DNA from: Octopus vulgaris
Taxonomy: Eukaryota
Direction: 5' to 3'
NCBI GenBank assembly: GCA_951406725.2
Contig: OX597817.1
Span: 171,740,001-171,804,000, forward strand
DNA length: 64,000 nt
Shown piece after piece: positions 41,877-54,477 of the stretch; position 1 is the stretch's first letter; the number at the start of each line of letters is the position of its first letter. The position numbers and the translations under genes were made by a program. Below the pieces are notes generated by a model, which worked only from the letters and a program-made list of their open reading frames with translations, did no database searches and was not told where the DNA came from.

Positions 41877-41970
41877 ACATACCTGTCTTAGTAGCAGGTA
41901 ATAAACCAAAAGAGAAGATCAATCATTTTGAACTTACCTGTAATAGAAGAAAAGGTAAAATTAGAGAACA
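41877..41970 (-). promoter_or_regulatory. Candidate recursive splice site with 55-nt cryptic exon (41937 to 41883)
   Basis: Minus strand: CTAAT branch point, TTTTACCTTTTCTTCTATTA pyrimidine-rich tract, CAG|GTAAGT, then a second donor CAG|GTATGT 55 nt downstream. Confidence 0.55.
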
Positions 41971-42121
41971 TGTATAAGATGTTTGTACATATTGAATTTA
42001 TAAATACAGGTGACAAAGTTAATACATAATATTTATAAATGCACATGACATGATGTTATTATATAATCGGCGAACAGGTGAACACAGGTGTCCATATAAA
42101 AATAAATATGAATATATTCAC

Positions 42122-42530
42122 TAAGAAGCTTGCATCTCAACCACATGGTTCTGGATTCAGTACCATTGTATGGCACAAGTGTCTTCCACAATAGCCTCGG
42201 GCTGACCAAGTGGATTTGGTAGCCAGAAACTGAAAGAAGCTCGTTGTGTATATGTGTGTGTGTGTGAGTGTGTGTGTGAATATGTATATATGTATGTAGG
42301 TAGGCATTTGCATGTGTGTGTCTGTATTTGTCCCCACCACACTGCCATCACTTGACAACTGATGCTGGTGTGTTTATGTCCCCGTAACTTAGCAGTTCAG
42401 CAAAAGAGGCTAATTGAATAGGGACTAGGCTTACAAAGAATAAGTCCTCGGATTGATTTCTTCAACTAAAACCCTTTGAAGCAGTGCTCCAGCATGGCCG
42501 CAGTCAAATGACTGAAACAAGCAAAAGAAT
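42122..42530 (+). mobile_element. SINE family A
   Basis: Head (slightly truncated), body and tail motifs present. Confidence 0.85.
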
Positions 42531-42850
42531 GTATTCATATATATGAAGTGCCAATCTCTAATTGCGGAGGATGCACTCATGATTGCAAGATTGTGGTTTC
42601 AATTCCCAGACCGGGTGGTGTGTTGTGTTCTTGAGCAAAACACTTCACCTCCCGTTGCTCTACAATCACTTCAACACCTGACACCTGACATGCTGTGCAC
42701 CTGTCCAGACAACATTGATTTGATGGAGAGGGTGAGCAAATATATGGCACGAACATTCGACCACCATAAACGAATCATTTGTTCAGGTCGTTCGACAAAA
42801 ACTGAACCCTTCTATGTTGTCTTTGAAGGGAGAGTCCCTCCTCATCATAT

Positions 42851-43095
42851 ATCATCATCATCATTGTTTAACGTCCGTTTTCCATGCTGGCATGGGTTGG
42901 ACGGTTCGACCGGGGTCTGGGAACCCCGAAGGCTGCACCAGGCCAGTCTGATCTGGCAGTGTTTCTACAGCTGGATGCCCTTCCTAACACCAACCACTCC
43001 GTGAGCGTAGTCAGTGCTTTTTACGTGCCAGGGGAGGCTGGCATCGGCCACGTTCAGATGGTGCATTTTACATGCCACCGGCACAGGTATCACAA
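42851..43095 (-). mobile_element. RTE 3'UTR fragment (family E)
   Basis: Reverse-complement homolog of 28505-28835. Confidence 0.85.
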
Positions 43096-43589
43096 CTATA
43101 ATTTCCATTTGATATTTATTTTGATGTTGATGTTCTTGACTCAATATATGTAATGATTTTGCTTAGGAATATTAAAATACTTATACTTAAAAGTAAACCG
43201 TCAGGTGAGTACAGAGTGTAATATCAATTAATGAATGACAAAAGAACAAGGGTTACATAATCACTTTCATTAGCTTACAGTTGTTTCATTAGCTTAAACT
43301 TCATGTAAATGGCTCTGAAGAAGCTATAACATGTGACACGATCTCTTAGCACAGAGTGCAATGCTTCTTATGTAAACTAATAAAAATGATTACTTAACTG
43401 CAGGGGGTGGGGGAGGATTTTGTTTTTCCTGACTCTGAAGTTTTTTTTAACACTATATATCTTTTAAAAGGAGATTTCCCAGGTGAAAAAAACCCCACAG
43501 CTTCTGGCGTTTAAACAACACATGTACATAAAATATGTGATATTAACAATGTTTGCATTATAGAGCTGCTTCTAATAAATAATTTCAAT

Positions 43590-43596
43590 TTATACA

Positions 43597-43627
<31 letters not shown>

Positions 43628-43843
43628 GTACAGACACATATATGTATGTTATGTATTCAGATATTTATGTGTGTGCATATATATTATATATAGATAGCTA
43701 TAGATATATACTTATATATCTATATATATATATACACATACATTCATGTATATATATATATATATATGTGTACGCATACATATATATATACACACACACA
43801 CACATATATATATATACACATACATACAAATATATATACACAT

Positions 43844-43874
<31 letters not shown>

Positions 43875-43944
43875 CACATACATATCTATACATACATATA
43901 TATATACATACATCTATATATACATACATATATATATATACATC

Positions 43945-43994
<50 letters not shown>

Positions 43995-44106
43995 CCTATC
44001 TATCTATCTATATATATATATGTATATATATATTACATATATATACACACACATACGTACATATATATATGTGTTCACATACATATATATATATATACAT
44101 ATATAT
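43590..44106. repeat. (TA/CA/TACA)n compound microsatellite
   Basis: Read directly from sequence. Confidence 0.95.
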
Positions 44107-44584
44107 GAATTTACCATTTCTTTTCTTTTTGCCTAGACACAAAGAGTAAGCAAATGTTTGTGTCTGTGAGGACACTTACCATAAAATAAACAAGATGAAG
44201 TCATACAGGAAGCAAGAATGGTTCGATTGAAAACATAGGTCAGTATTTCTTTGAGGGAAATAATGAGAATTTAATATTAATGTCTTCCATAAGAAACTGC
44301 ATTGTTTTATTATTAAATTATAAAATGTTCTGTATGGTTTGGGCTTCTAGAAAACTTGGCTGAAACATAACTTCTGATAAGTCATATAAACATTTATTAC
44401 GCATTACACATGTGTAATAAATGTGGGACTCTATTTGTGGTAGTTTACACTTGTTAGGAATAGAAATAGCAACCAAATCTCCCTCCAAAAATACATTGCA
44501 CCCTATTTTTTTTTAACCCTTTTATTACTATGTTTCTGTTGAGACAAACACAAATGCAGAAACATACACACATACATACATATA

Positions 44585-44968
44585 GGAACAGGAGTGGCTG
44601 TGTGGTAAGTAGCTTGCTTACCAACCACATGGTTCCAGGTTCAGTCCCACTGCGTGGCACCTTGGGCTAGTACCTTCTACTATAGCCTTGGGCCAACCAA
44701 AGTCTTGTGAGTGGATTTGGTAGACAGAAACAGAAAGAAGCCTGTCGTGTGTGTATATGTATATATATATATGTTTCTGTGTTTGTTCCCCCAACATCGC
44801 TTGACAACAGATGCTGGTGTGTTTACGTCCCTCTAACTTAGCAGTTCAGCAAAAGAGACCGATAGAATAAGTACTGGGCTTATAAAGAATAAGTCCTGGG
44901 GTCGATTTGCTCGACTAAAGGTGGTGCTCCAGCATGGCCACAGTCAAATGACTGAAACAAGTAAAAGG
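44585..44968 (+). mobile_element. SINE family A, full length
   Basis: Head, body and tail motifs present. Confidence 0.92.
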
Positions 44969-45291
44969 GTATCCATACATACATACAGGCCTACATAAAT
45001 GTATACAGACATAGGTGCATGTTTTAGTACAAAACATCCACCCCCAACATATTGACAGATATGCAGTTCACACGTATTGGCATATTGGCATAAACAGTTA
45101 TTGGAACTAATATCTCCGTTATCACGTAGCTAATTAGTATTATTTATATGTTGTTTCGAGACTAATATTGAATTTTTATTGCATATTTATACATTTATGG
45201 CTGTTGCATATGAGAAATACGTGGGAGAATTTGTGTATCTTTACATGTGAAATAGAATAGATACGTTTATCTGTGATGTATCTTAATTTTC

Positions 45292-45712
45292 ATGTGTGTG
45301 TGTTAGTGTGTGTATGTGAATATGTGTGTGTGTGAGTGCGTGCGTGTGTGTGTGCATGGGGTTATATGTGAGTGTGAATGTGCGAGTGTGTATGTGTAAT
45401 TGTGTATGTATGTATGTGTGTGTGTGTGAGTGTGTGTGCATATACATGTGTTTGTGTTTGTGGATGTTTGTGTATGTGTGAGCATGTGCATGTATATGTG
45501 AATGTATGTATGTGGGTGTATGTCTATGTGTGTGTATGTCTGTGTATGTGCATCTATGTGAGTGTGTGTATATTTCTGTATGTATATGTTTGTGTATGAA
45601 TGTGTGTATATGGGGCTGTATATACATATGTGAGTGTTTGTGTATATATGTGTATATGTCTATGTGCATTTATGTGTATGTATCTGTGTAAGTGTATCTA
45701 TGAGTGTGTTTG
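45292..45712. repeat. Degenerate (TG/TA)n low-complexity tract
   Basis: Read directly from sequence. Confidence 0.92.
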
Positions 45713-46348
45713 TTACTTCTGAGTGAGTGCACATGAAGTTCAGTCAAGTATGAATGTGTGTGATAAAATTTTTTATTTATTCTAAAGAGTTATAGAAAAT
45801 CTAGTTGCTATTTCTAGCAGGTTGTATGACCTCACAACAGACAGATTTCCTTGTTGGCTTGTAGATTAATAGGATGAATTAATGTCAGAAATTTACTTAT
45901 AAAATCAAAATAAACTATAAAAAAAACTCTTAAAAACCAAAACAAAAACAAACAAAATAACATATTAAAACTATGTAAAATATAAAAATCTATTGATGTT
46001 ATTTAATTTGATTTTGCTGTCATCGTGTTTCTTTAGAAAGTTGTTCTTTACTTCAAACATAATTACAACTGAATTGTCAAAAAAAATGTTTGTTTTTCGC
46101 ACTCTCTGCCTACTCATCAACAAAATTCTCTCCTTTTTTAAAAAGAGCTATTCTAATCTGGAAAAATTTCCTTGACGGTTTCTTCACTCGACTATATCCA
46201 TACAAAAGTTGCGTCATCATTTAATCAGAAATGTTACTTAAATGTAAAAAAAAAAAAAATCTCTCTCCGCCAACATCATAGTGCTAAATAGTTCAGTGGA
46301 TGGTGGTAGTGATGATAGGAGAGTTTGTAAAAGAGATTCATAGTCAAC

Positions 46349-46397
<49 letters not shown>

Positions 46398-46420
46398 GTT
46401 ATTATTATTATTATTATTAA

Positions 46421-46635
46421 GGCAGTGAGCTGGTAGAGTTGTTAGCACACTGGGTGAAATGCTTATCGGTATTTCGTCTGCCACTACGTTCTAAGTTCAA
46501 ATTCTGCTAAGGTTGACTTTGCCTTTCATCCTTTCGTGGTCGATTAAATAAGTACCAGTTACGCACTAGGGTCGATATAATCGACTTAATCCCTCCCCCC
46601 AAATTTGAAACCTTGTGCTTCCATTATAAAGGATT
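46421..46635 (+). mobile_element. SINE family D, full length, between (TTA)n tracts
   Basis: GGCAGTGAGCTGGTAGA..AGTTCAAATTC..GACTTTGCCTTTCATCC..CCTTGTGC..GGATTATTATT. Confidence 0.9.
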
Positions 46636-46659
46636 ATTATTATAATTAATTATTATCAA

Positions 46660-46690
<31 letters not shown>

Positions 46691-46984
46691 TGTTACTTCT
46701 TTTAGTTTTTAAAAAGGCTTTTAGAGGTTCTCACTCATATCTATTTTTATGCTACATTCATGTGTGTGTGTGTGTGTGTGTGATTAAAATCATTAGCTGT
46801 ATATTTTGCATTGCATATACTTTTGCACATATTCAATTCTGTTATAAAACATTTATCGTAGACTTGTCATTAGTCTAAATACTCTAATTGTATCCATTAT
46901 TTATTTATTGTGTTCTCTTGTGATAGATATTACCTCATTTACAACTTTATAGAAACGTATTACACTCAAACATGTATGTCTCAA

Positions 46985-47160
46985 GGAGCCAGGGGCTGCT
47001 CCAGGCTCCAGTCTTATCTGGCAGTGTTTCTATAGGGCATCCAGCTGTAGAAACACTGCCAGATAAGACTGGAGCCTGGAGCAGCCCCTGGCTCCCCAGA
47101 CCCCGGTCGAACCATCCAACTCGTGCTAGCGCGGAAAACGGACATTAAACGATGATGATG

Positions 47161-47161
<1 letters not shown>
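46985..47161 (+). mobile_element. Family E fragment with a perfect 48-bp fold-back duplication at its 5' end
   Basis: 46985-47032 is the exact reverse complement of 47048-47095. Confidence 0.9.
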
Positions 47162-47400
<239 letters not shown>

Positions 47401-48031
47401 TGTAATTGTTGTTATTGTCTTAGTGTCCATTTTTCCATGCTTGCAAAAATATAAAAAATTACATAACACTTAATAGTTGTAGAGATTTTCTGTCTTAACA
47501 TGAGTTAGATGAATATATCATTGAGGCAACATATTATTTACAGCTGGGTGCTCTTCCTGTCACTAAGTCTTCTCTATGTTTCTTGTACTAGATGATTTGT
47601 TGACAGCGGTAATGACAGCAATGTCACCACTTATAGTTCATTGAGTTTTTTTAGAGATTCACAAAAGCAAACACACAAACACCCATCCAAATACATTCAT
47701 ATGTAGAAACATTCAACTATATAATATACAAAAGGTAATATATTAAACAAACAACAAGGGAACAAAAAATTATGTAATGACTTCATTAGCTTACAGCTGT
47801 TTCTCTGACAAAAAGCAATACACCCATAGCCAAGTTCCTGCGTATCATGTTATAGGTTTCATATATATCATTGCTATTATGCAAAAGTGTTGTAAGTCCA
47901 AAATGTTACTTTTTCAGAAAACAAAAAAATAGTTTCATCATTCTATAGCAAAACTGTTGTACTGCACTTTGACAATTTTTGGAATATTGACAGCTGGAGA
48001 TATAATAGTTTGACCAAAAGAACTGGCTATT

Positions 48032-48270
48032 GCAGTCATCCATGCATACCAGTCTCCTACTCTCCATGCCACCGATGTTATCCAAGGGAAAGGCAAAGGC
48101 TGATACAGCTTGGCACCAGTGACATTGCAATTCATTTCTACAGCTGAGTGAATTGGAGCAATGTAAAATAGAGTGTCTTGCTCTAGAATACAACACAGAA
48201 CCCGGTCCAGGAATTGAACTCACTACCTCATGATTGTGAGCCCGACACTCTAACCACTGAGCCATGCGCC
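48032..48270 (-). mobile_element. SINE family C
   Basis: tRNA-like head GGCGCATGGCTCAGTGGTTAGAG..GAGTTCAATTCC followed by a CORE-like region. Confidence 0.88.
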
Positions 48271-49716
48271 TTCACTATGTATGAGATTTTTCACTTTTCA
48301 TCTGGCAAATTAAGAGGCTATTGAATTCTTAAAGGACATTGCCATTCTCAAAGGTTTCCTTGAGGAACCAGAAATTATTATTGATCACAAAATCCTCTCA
48401 CAAAGTTTTGGTTAGCTTGGAGCTATAGTAGTTGTGGAAGTAGCAGAAGGCACTTGCCTTAGGTGTTAGGTAGTGGAACTAAACCCCAAATCACTTGTAT
48501 AGCAAACAAACATCTTAACCACACAGCCATGTCGGTGCCTTTCTGTATTCATGAAATAATATGAATTAGCTTCTCATTGGTTTTATGGTCACTATTTCCT
48601 TCTCTCTCTCTTTCTCTCTCTCACACTGTTCCCTTCTCTTCTGTGTACATATGTGTGTGTGTGTATGAGCAGAGAGAGAAAGAGAGAGGGGGGAGAAGGA
48701 GATAGAATATCACCTGTAATGGTATCATCTTCTAGTTCAACTGTCAGTTGACAAGTTAAAGATCACTTCTAACAACAGTCTTTAATAATGCTCAGTATTC
48801 TCTCTCTCTCTCTCTTTCTCTTTCTCTCTCTCTCTTTGTCTCTCTTTCTTTCTCTCACGCTCATATTTTCTCCATTATCAAACAGTCTGCAATATGAATT
48901 ATTTCTATGGTTCAACATCATAGGATATTAAGTTGTGTATTCAGATATTCTAAATTATTTCCCACAAGAGGACATAATTATTAAGCGACAAATAAAAAAA
49001 GACAAAAAGCAAAAATAAAATGAAAAAGGAAATATAAAAACAAAGAAAAGGCTAGTGGAATATAGAATGTGGACTGTGGAAGAGAAAATAATAGAAGCAA
49101 AATGAAAATTGAGAAATTAGAAGGCACAAAAATAAAACCATAAAAAGAACGAAAATTCATGAAAAAATTATCAATTCACCAAAAACAGAGTAACATAAAA
49201 TATGTATGATTGTATCTAAATGTTCTTTCATATTTCCATAATACTCCTAACTATACATGCATGTGCATGGACACACATGCACACACTCACACAACAACCT
49301 ACAAATGCATATATAATTACACACAGCTAAACACACATGTACACACAAATTCTAAGACGAACAATTACATACATATGCATGTAAAATCCCAATGAGAGAT
49401 ATACCATTTTTTTTTTGGAATCTCCTGATAATAAGAATATATTGTTGGAATCAATTCCATCTTAAGAGGCTATTGAATTCTTAAAGGACATCGCCATTCT
49501 CAAAGGCTTCCTCAAGGAACCAGAAATTATTATTGATCACAACTATACATCCCGGACGCCAGGAATCAATATGTAATTTTCATAACTTAAACTTCTTTTC
49601 TTGCCATCTTAAAACTTCCCCAAAAACAGAAAAACAGGCAGTGAACAAAGGGGAAATAATGAGTGAATAAATAAATAAATAAATGAAAAAAACAAAGCCA
49701 AAGTTTTATAGGATAT

Positions 49717-49777
<61 letters not shown>

Positions 49778-49812
49778 CCATCATCATCATCACCATCATC
49801 ACCATCATCATC

Positions 49813-49844
<32 letters not shown>

Positions 49845-49875
49845 CACCATCATCATCACCATCATCACCATCATC

Positions 49876-49906
<31 letters not shown>

Positions 49907-49913
49907 CCATCAC

Positions 49914-49947
<34 letters not shown>
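49717..49947. repeat. (CAT/CAC)n microsatellite
   Basis: Read directly from sequence; source of the poly-His and poly-Met ORFs. Confidence 0.96.
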
Positions 49948-50300
49948 GCACTGGATGCTTTTTTATGCGACACCAGTACGGGCGCTACATGTATGGCACC
50001 CACATGGGTGCTTTCTTTATACATGGAACTGGAACAAGTACTTTACATGTGGCACTTGCATGGGTGCTAAATATGTGGGAATAGCATGAGAGTTTTATAA
50101 GTGGCACCAGCCCAGGGAGCTTTATTATTGGAACCACCCCGGGTGCTTCATATGTGACACTGGCATGGAAGTTTTATATTTGGCTCCAGACAGTTGCTTT
50201 TCTACATGGCACAGACAGGGGTGCTTTTATGCGACACCAGCACTCGTGAGCCTGCAGGAGAAGGACCTCTTGGTTGACAGAGGGATGAGCCTACATATAA

Positions 50301-50398
<98 letters not shown>

Positions 50399-50487
50399 TA
50401 GAAAAATTTAGGAAAATCAGATTTAGGATTAAATCCAATTTATATATATCGACAATTCTTCAGGTGGACTTCAATAAGTCAGTTTCA

Positions 50488-50523
<36 letters not shown>

Positions 50524-50596
50524 TCTTTGTATACTTACTAACTGAACATAACAAATTCGTATGTCCCAGAGTTGAAAAATTATATGCCTTTAGCTT

Positions 50597-50660
50597 TAGA
50601 ATCTGACGAGCCATCCATGGGGCTAGGCCCTTTATGGATGTGAAACCATTGGTCACTCTA
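50597..50660 (+). ncRNA. Type I hammerhead ribozyme with canonical core
   Basis: UAGAAU-CUGACGA-G[C CAUCCAU G GGGC UAG GCCC UUU AUGGAUG]U-GAAA-CCAUUGG-UC/ACUCUA. Stem I 5/6 bp, long stem II, stem III ACC:GGU, GUC triplet with predicted cleavage after 50654; distal helix UAUGUCCCA (50560-68):UGGGACAUA (50664-72). Confidence 0.88.
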
Positions 50661-50734
50661 TGATGGGACATATACTTAACTGCAAATAAATACATTACTT
50701 CTCTATACTTTAGAGTATGCTTCTTTTTCATTGA

Positions 50735-50775
<41 letters not shown>

Positions 50776-50918
50776 AAATGGATAAATGAATTATCTTGTT
50801 ACGGATTATTCAAATTATAACCGATACCTGGGTAGCAAAAATCACAACAGAAAAATCACGGTTGAGGTTACGACCATGGGGTATCGCAACCGTGCCTTAG
50901 TGCGGATAATTGAAGTTT

Positions 50919-51106
50919 TATATATTTAGTGAGGGAAGAAATGGAGCTGAACGAAGATTTTACAAAATTCCTTTTTATTATTTTCTACACATTTTTGTAG
51001 GGAATTTGTAGGGAATTTGCAGCCTTTGAAACATGTGTAGAAAATAATAAAAAGGAATTTTGTAAAATCTTCGTTCAGCTCCATTTCTTCCCTCACTAAA
51101 TATATA
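50919..51106. repeat. Perfect 74-bp inverted repeat with 40-nt spacer
   Basis: 50919-50992 is the reverse complement of 51033-51106; TA runs at both outer ends. Confidence 0.93.
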
Positions 51107-51867
51107 TATATATTAGAAGCCAGTTAAGATCAACTCTGTCATTACTCAACATTTCATATAATCCCACATATACAAGATATGTGACTGTTATCTGTCTTTC
51201 CAATAAGTATAAGCTCTATTTCATGTACTGAGTGTATTTTCTCTTTTCTTCCATTTGTATGCGTATACACAATCACACACGCATATTTTTTCCATTCATT
51301 TCCATGTTCATTTTTTTTTTTTTGCATTCCAGAGTTCCTGAGTTCTAATAGCAGTCTAAGATCTGTTGTCATTGTCATCGTCGATGGATGACGATGATGA
51401 AGATGACGGATGACAATGACGGATGACAATGATGGCAGATGACAACGACAAACATAGTAATCTTTTTCCTCTGGAACACCACAGTTAACCCCTCTAGTAC
51501 CCAGTTTTTCTCCCAGCCCTACTGTACCTTTGCCACTTATGTACACACCCAAGTTAAATTACACAACCATTGTGCTTCTTACTCATCCAATGGAACAGGT
51601 TCATATCCAAGTCTTCAAAGATCCTCGGCATTCAACACCCATGTCTTCTCCCATACAAACGAGGACTCGATATACATCTCTATGTAATAATAGCTGATAT
51701 AAATGTTAGTTGGTTGGTTGATTCTGTAGTCTTGAATTATATTGTATAGAAACAGGGGGGAGGAAGAGTAAAAGGGGGACAGAGAATGTTAGCATACGAA
51801 AAATTAAAGCTGATAGAGTAATGCTGGAACTGACAAGCAGTGGGAGGATGGTGCTAAGGATGTAATG

Positions 51868-52367
51868 ACATGCATAAGATCTGGTCATCAAATCTGGTCA
51901 TCAAATCTAAGTAGAGACTTCAAACTTGAAATCTTCAAAGCCACAGTCGAACCAATTCTACTATATGGCTCAGAAACCTGGACGTTATCAAAGAAGCTTG
52001 AGAGGCGGTTGGATGGAACCTACACTCGCCTCCTTATGAGAGCTCAAAATTTCTCGTGGAAGCGCCATCCAACCAAAATGCAAATATATGGGAAACTACC
52101 ACCTGTGTCATCTCTTGTGAAAGGTAAGAGAGTCCAGTTTGCTGGACATTGTTGTAGAGATGAAAAAGAGGTAATTTCTACTCTTCTCCTCTGGAAGCAA
52201 TCTACTCGCAATACCAGAGGGTGCACACTCTCCTACCCTGATGTAATCTCCAGGGATACAGGCATCCAGCAACAGGACCTCTGTAATGCCATGATGGACT
52301 GTGAAGTCTGGCGTAGCATGGTAAATTCCATTGTCTCGACCACGGTCGAACAATGATGATGATGATG
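51868..52367 (+). mobile_element. RTE-clade LINE 3' fragment, second copy
   Basis: Differs from 10330-10818 by roughly a dozen substitutions counted by eye; short ATCTGGTCATCAA duplication at the 5' junction; (TGA)n tail. Confidence 0.92.
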
Positions 52368-53618
52368 CTAAGGATGATAATATATACCTAGTCCATGGCT
52401 GCCAAATATACACTCTCACACACACATGATCTTCTGTCCATCACACACACAGGGCTATGTTGTAGACTTATAAGTTCTTTACTTCTTCCTACCAACTGCT
52501 TATCAGGTTTATCCTTCTTTTTAAATTGTAGTTATATTTTGTTGTGTGTGTATGTATGAGTGTGATTGCATGTAAGTGTGTGTGTGTGTGAGCATGTGTG
52601 TGTGTGTGCATATATATGTATGTATATATGTATTTGTGACTGTTTACAAATGGTAGCAAAAACATTCTTCCAAAGTTACTTGTCATAACACTCTAGTATT
52701 ATCTAGGAGTAACACTCTAATATTGCATATATTTTAATAAAAAACATAAATAAATATATAATAAAATGTTGTATTTTGGTTTTGGAGTTCCCAACCAACA
52801 GATTCTTACTATATAAATCTTGATATGTAAAGAGAAGAAAGCAGTTGAATAATTTGGCAGAATTCAGCATATTTCTGTGAGATGAATGGCATTTCAAAGA
52901 AACAAAGATCAACTTGGTAACTTTTGCTATGAACAACTCATTTTTGAAAGCCCTTTTCTTATCCTCAGGTTTAGGATGTGGTGCATTTCATATCACATCT
53001 TAAAATAGCAAGGAACTATAGCTGTTTGAGGGTAGAATTTTTAAGCACTCAGAATTAGCAGGCCCTTATAGTAACGACAAAAATAGAAATTCCCTTATTG
53101 GCTGGCTCACTAAATCTATTATAAAGCTGAAGGTAATAACATGATTAAGACAAAAAAAAGAGAGAGAGAGAGAGAGAAACCCTCACTAAATCCTTCTTGC
53201 ATAGCTCAGTGATCAAGCAAAAAAACAAAAAAAAAACCCCAGAAAAAAGAAACCTAAAGCTACCTATAAAAAGCAGGTAACTTAAAGTATCAGTTTCTAA
53301 AAGTACCTATCACTTCCAAACACATACACACACACACATATACACTCACTCCTTACTCACATTCTTTAATCCCATCAAGCTAACCTAACAACAAATGCTA
53401 GGTAAGTAGAAAGTAGTAGAGTGGGTGGATAGAAAGATCAAGTGAGCTGCTCTTATAGCATTAGCATTTTATTTAGATATGAAAACTGTTTAGCCTGGAA
53501 CTGAAGATGCTGACAGTTCACAGATGCCAAATCTGGCCGAATGCCATTTCAGACAGGAGCAGCAGCACACATCTATCTATCTATCTATCCATCCATCCAC
53601 CCATACACCCACCCACCC

Positions 53619-53677
<59 letters not shown>

Positions 53678-53684
53678 CATCTAT

Positions 53685-53721
<37 letters not shown>

Positions 53722-53724
<3 letters not shown>

Positions 53725-53965
53725 CAAAACACATTAAAACAGAAACTGACCCTATAGGGTTCAAGAAGTCTTTGGACAGATTCCTTCAAGAAATCCCGGA
53801 TAAACCCCCTACACCCGGATATGTCTCTGTAAACAATAACTCTCTACTTGAGTGGGCCATAGTGCCCAAATTCTGACTTGAAAGACTTCACCAGGTGGTG
53901 CTATTAAGTTAGACATGGCCTGGGCCAATAATGGCCGAAACCTATCAAAGTATCAAAGTATCAAA
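53722..53965 (+). mobile_element. L2/Crack-like LINE extreme 3' end with (TATCAAAG)n tail
   Basis: FKKSLDRFLQEIPDKPPTPGY..NNSLLEW, homologous to the terminus of the 33280-33873 element; lies between TA runs. Confidence 0.8.
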
Positions 53966-54090
53966 TATATATATATATATATATATATACATACACATAT
54001 AAGATACACACACACACATATACTCACACATACATGCATGGACATACATATATTTATACATATATGCACAAATATATACATACACACACA

Positions 54091-54132
<42 letters not shown>

Positions 54133-54477
54133 CATATATACATATATATATAAGCATATATATATATAGTATAAGCATATATATTATATACAAATACACT
54201 TATATACATACATGCATACGTGCTCTTTACTTGTTTCAGTCATTTGACTTTTAATCCATTGGGTTCTCCTTGTGTGAGTTTGTATCTCATCTTTGTTAAT
54301 CATTTTATTCTTTGTCCATTCCATACCAACAGGGAAAATGGGCATAAAATGTTGATGATGATGTTGATATATAAATCAATGAATGTATGTATATATAAGT
54401 ATATGTACATGCCCCACACACACACATATATTTACACATGTAAATATGCATACATATATGAATACACACACACACGT

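Noticed and set aside
49587-50084. Poly-His and poly-Met ORFs
   Set aside because: Translations of a (CAT)n microsatellite adjoining a retroelement UTR.
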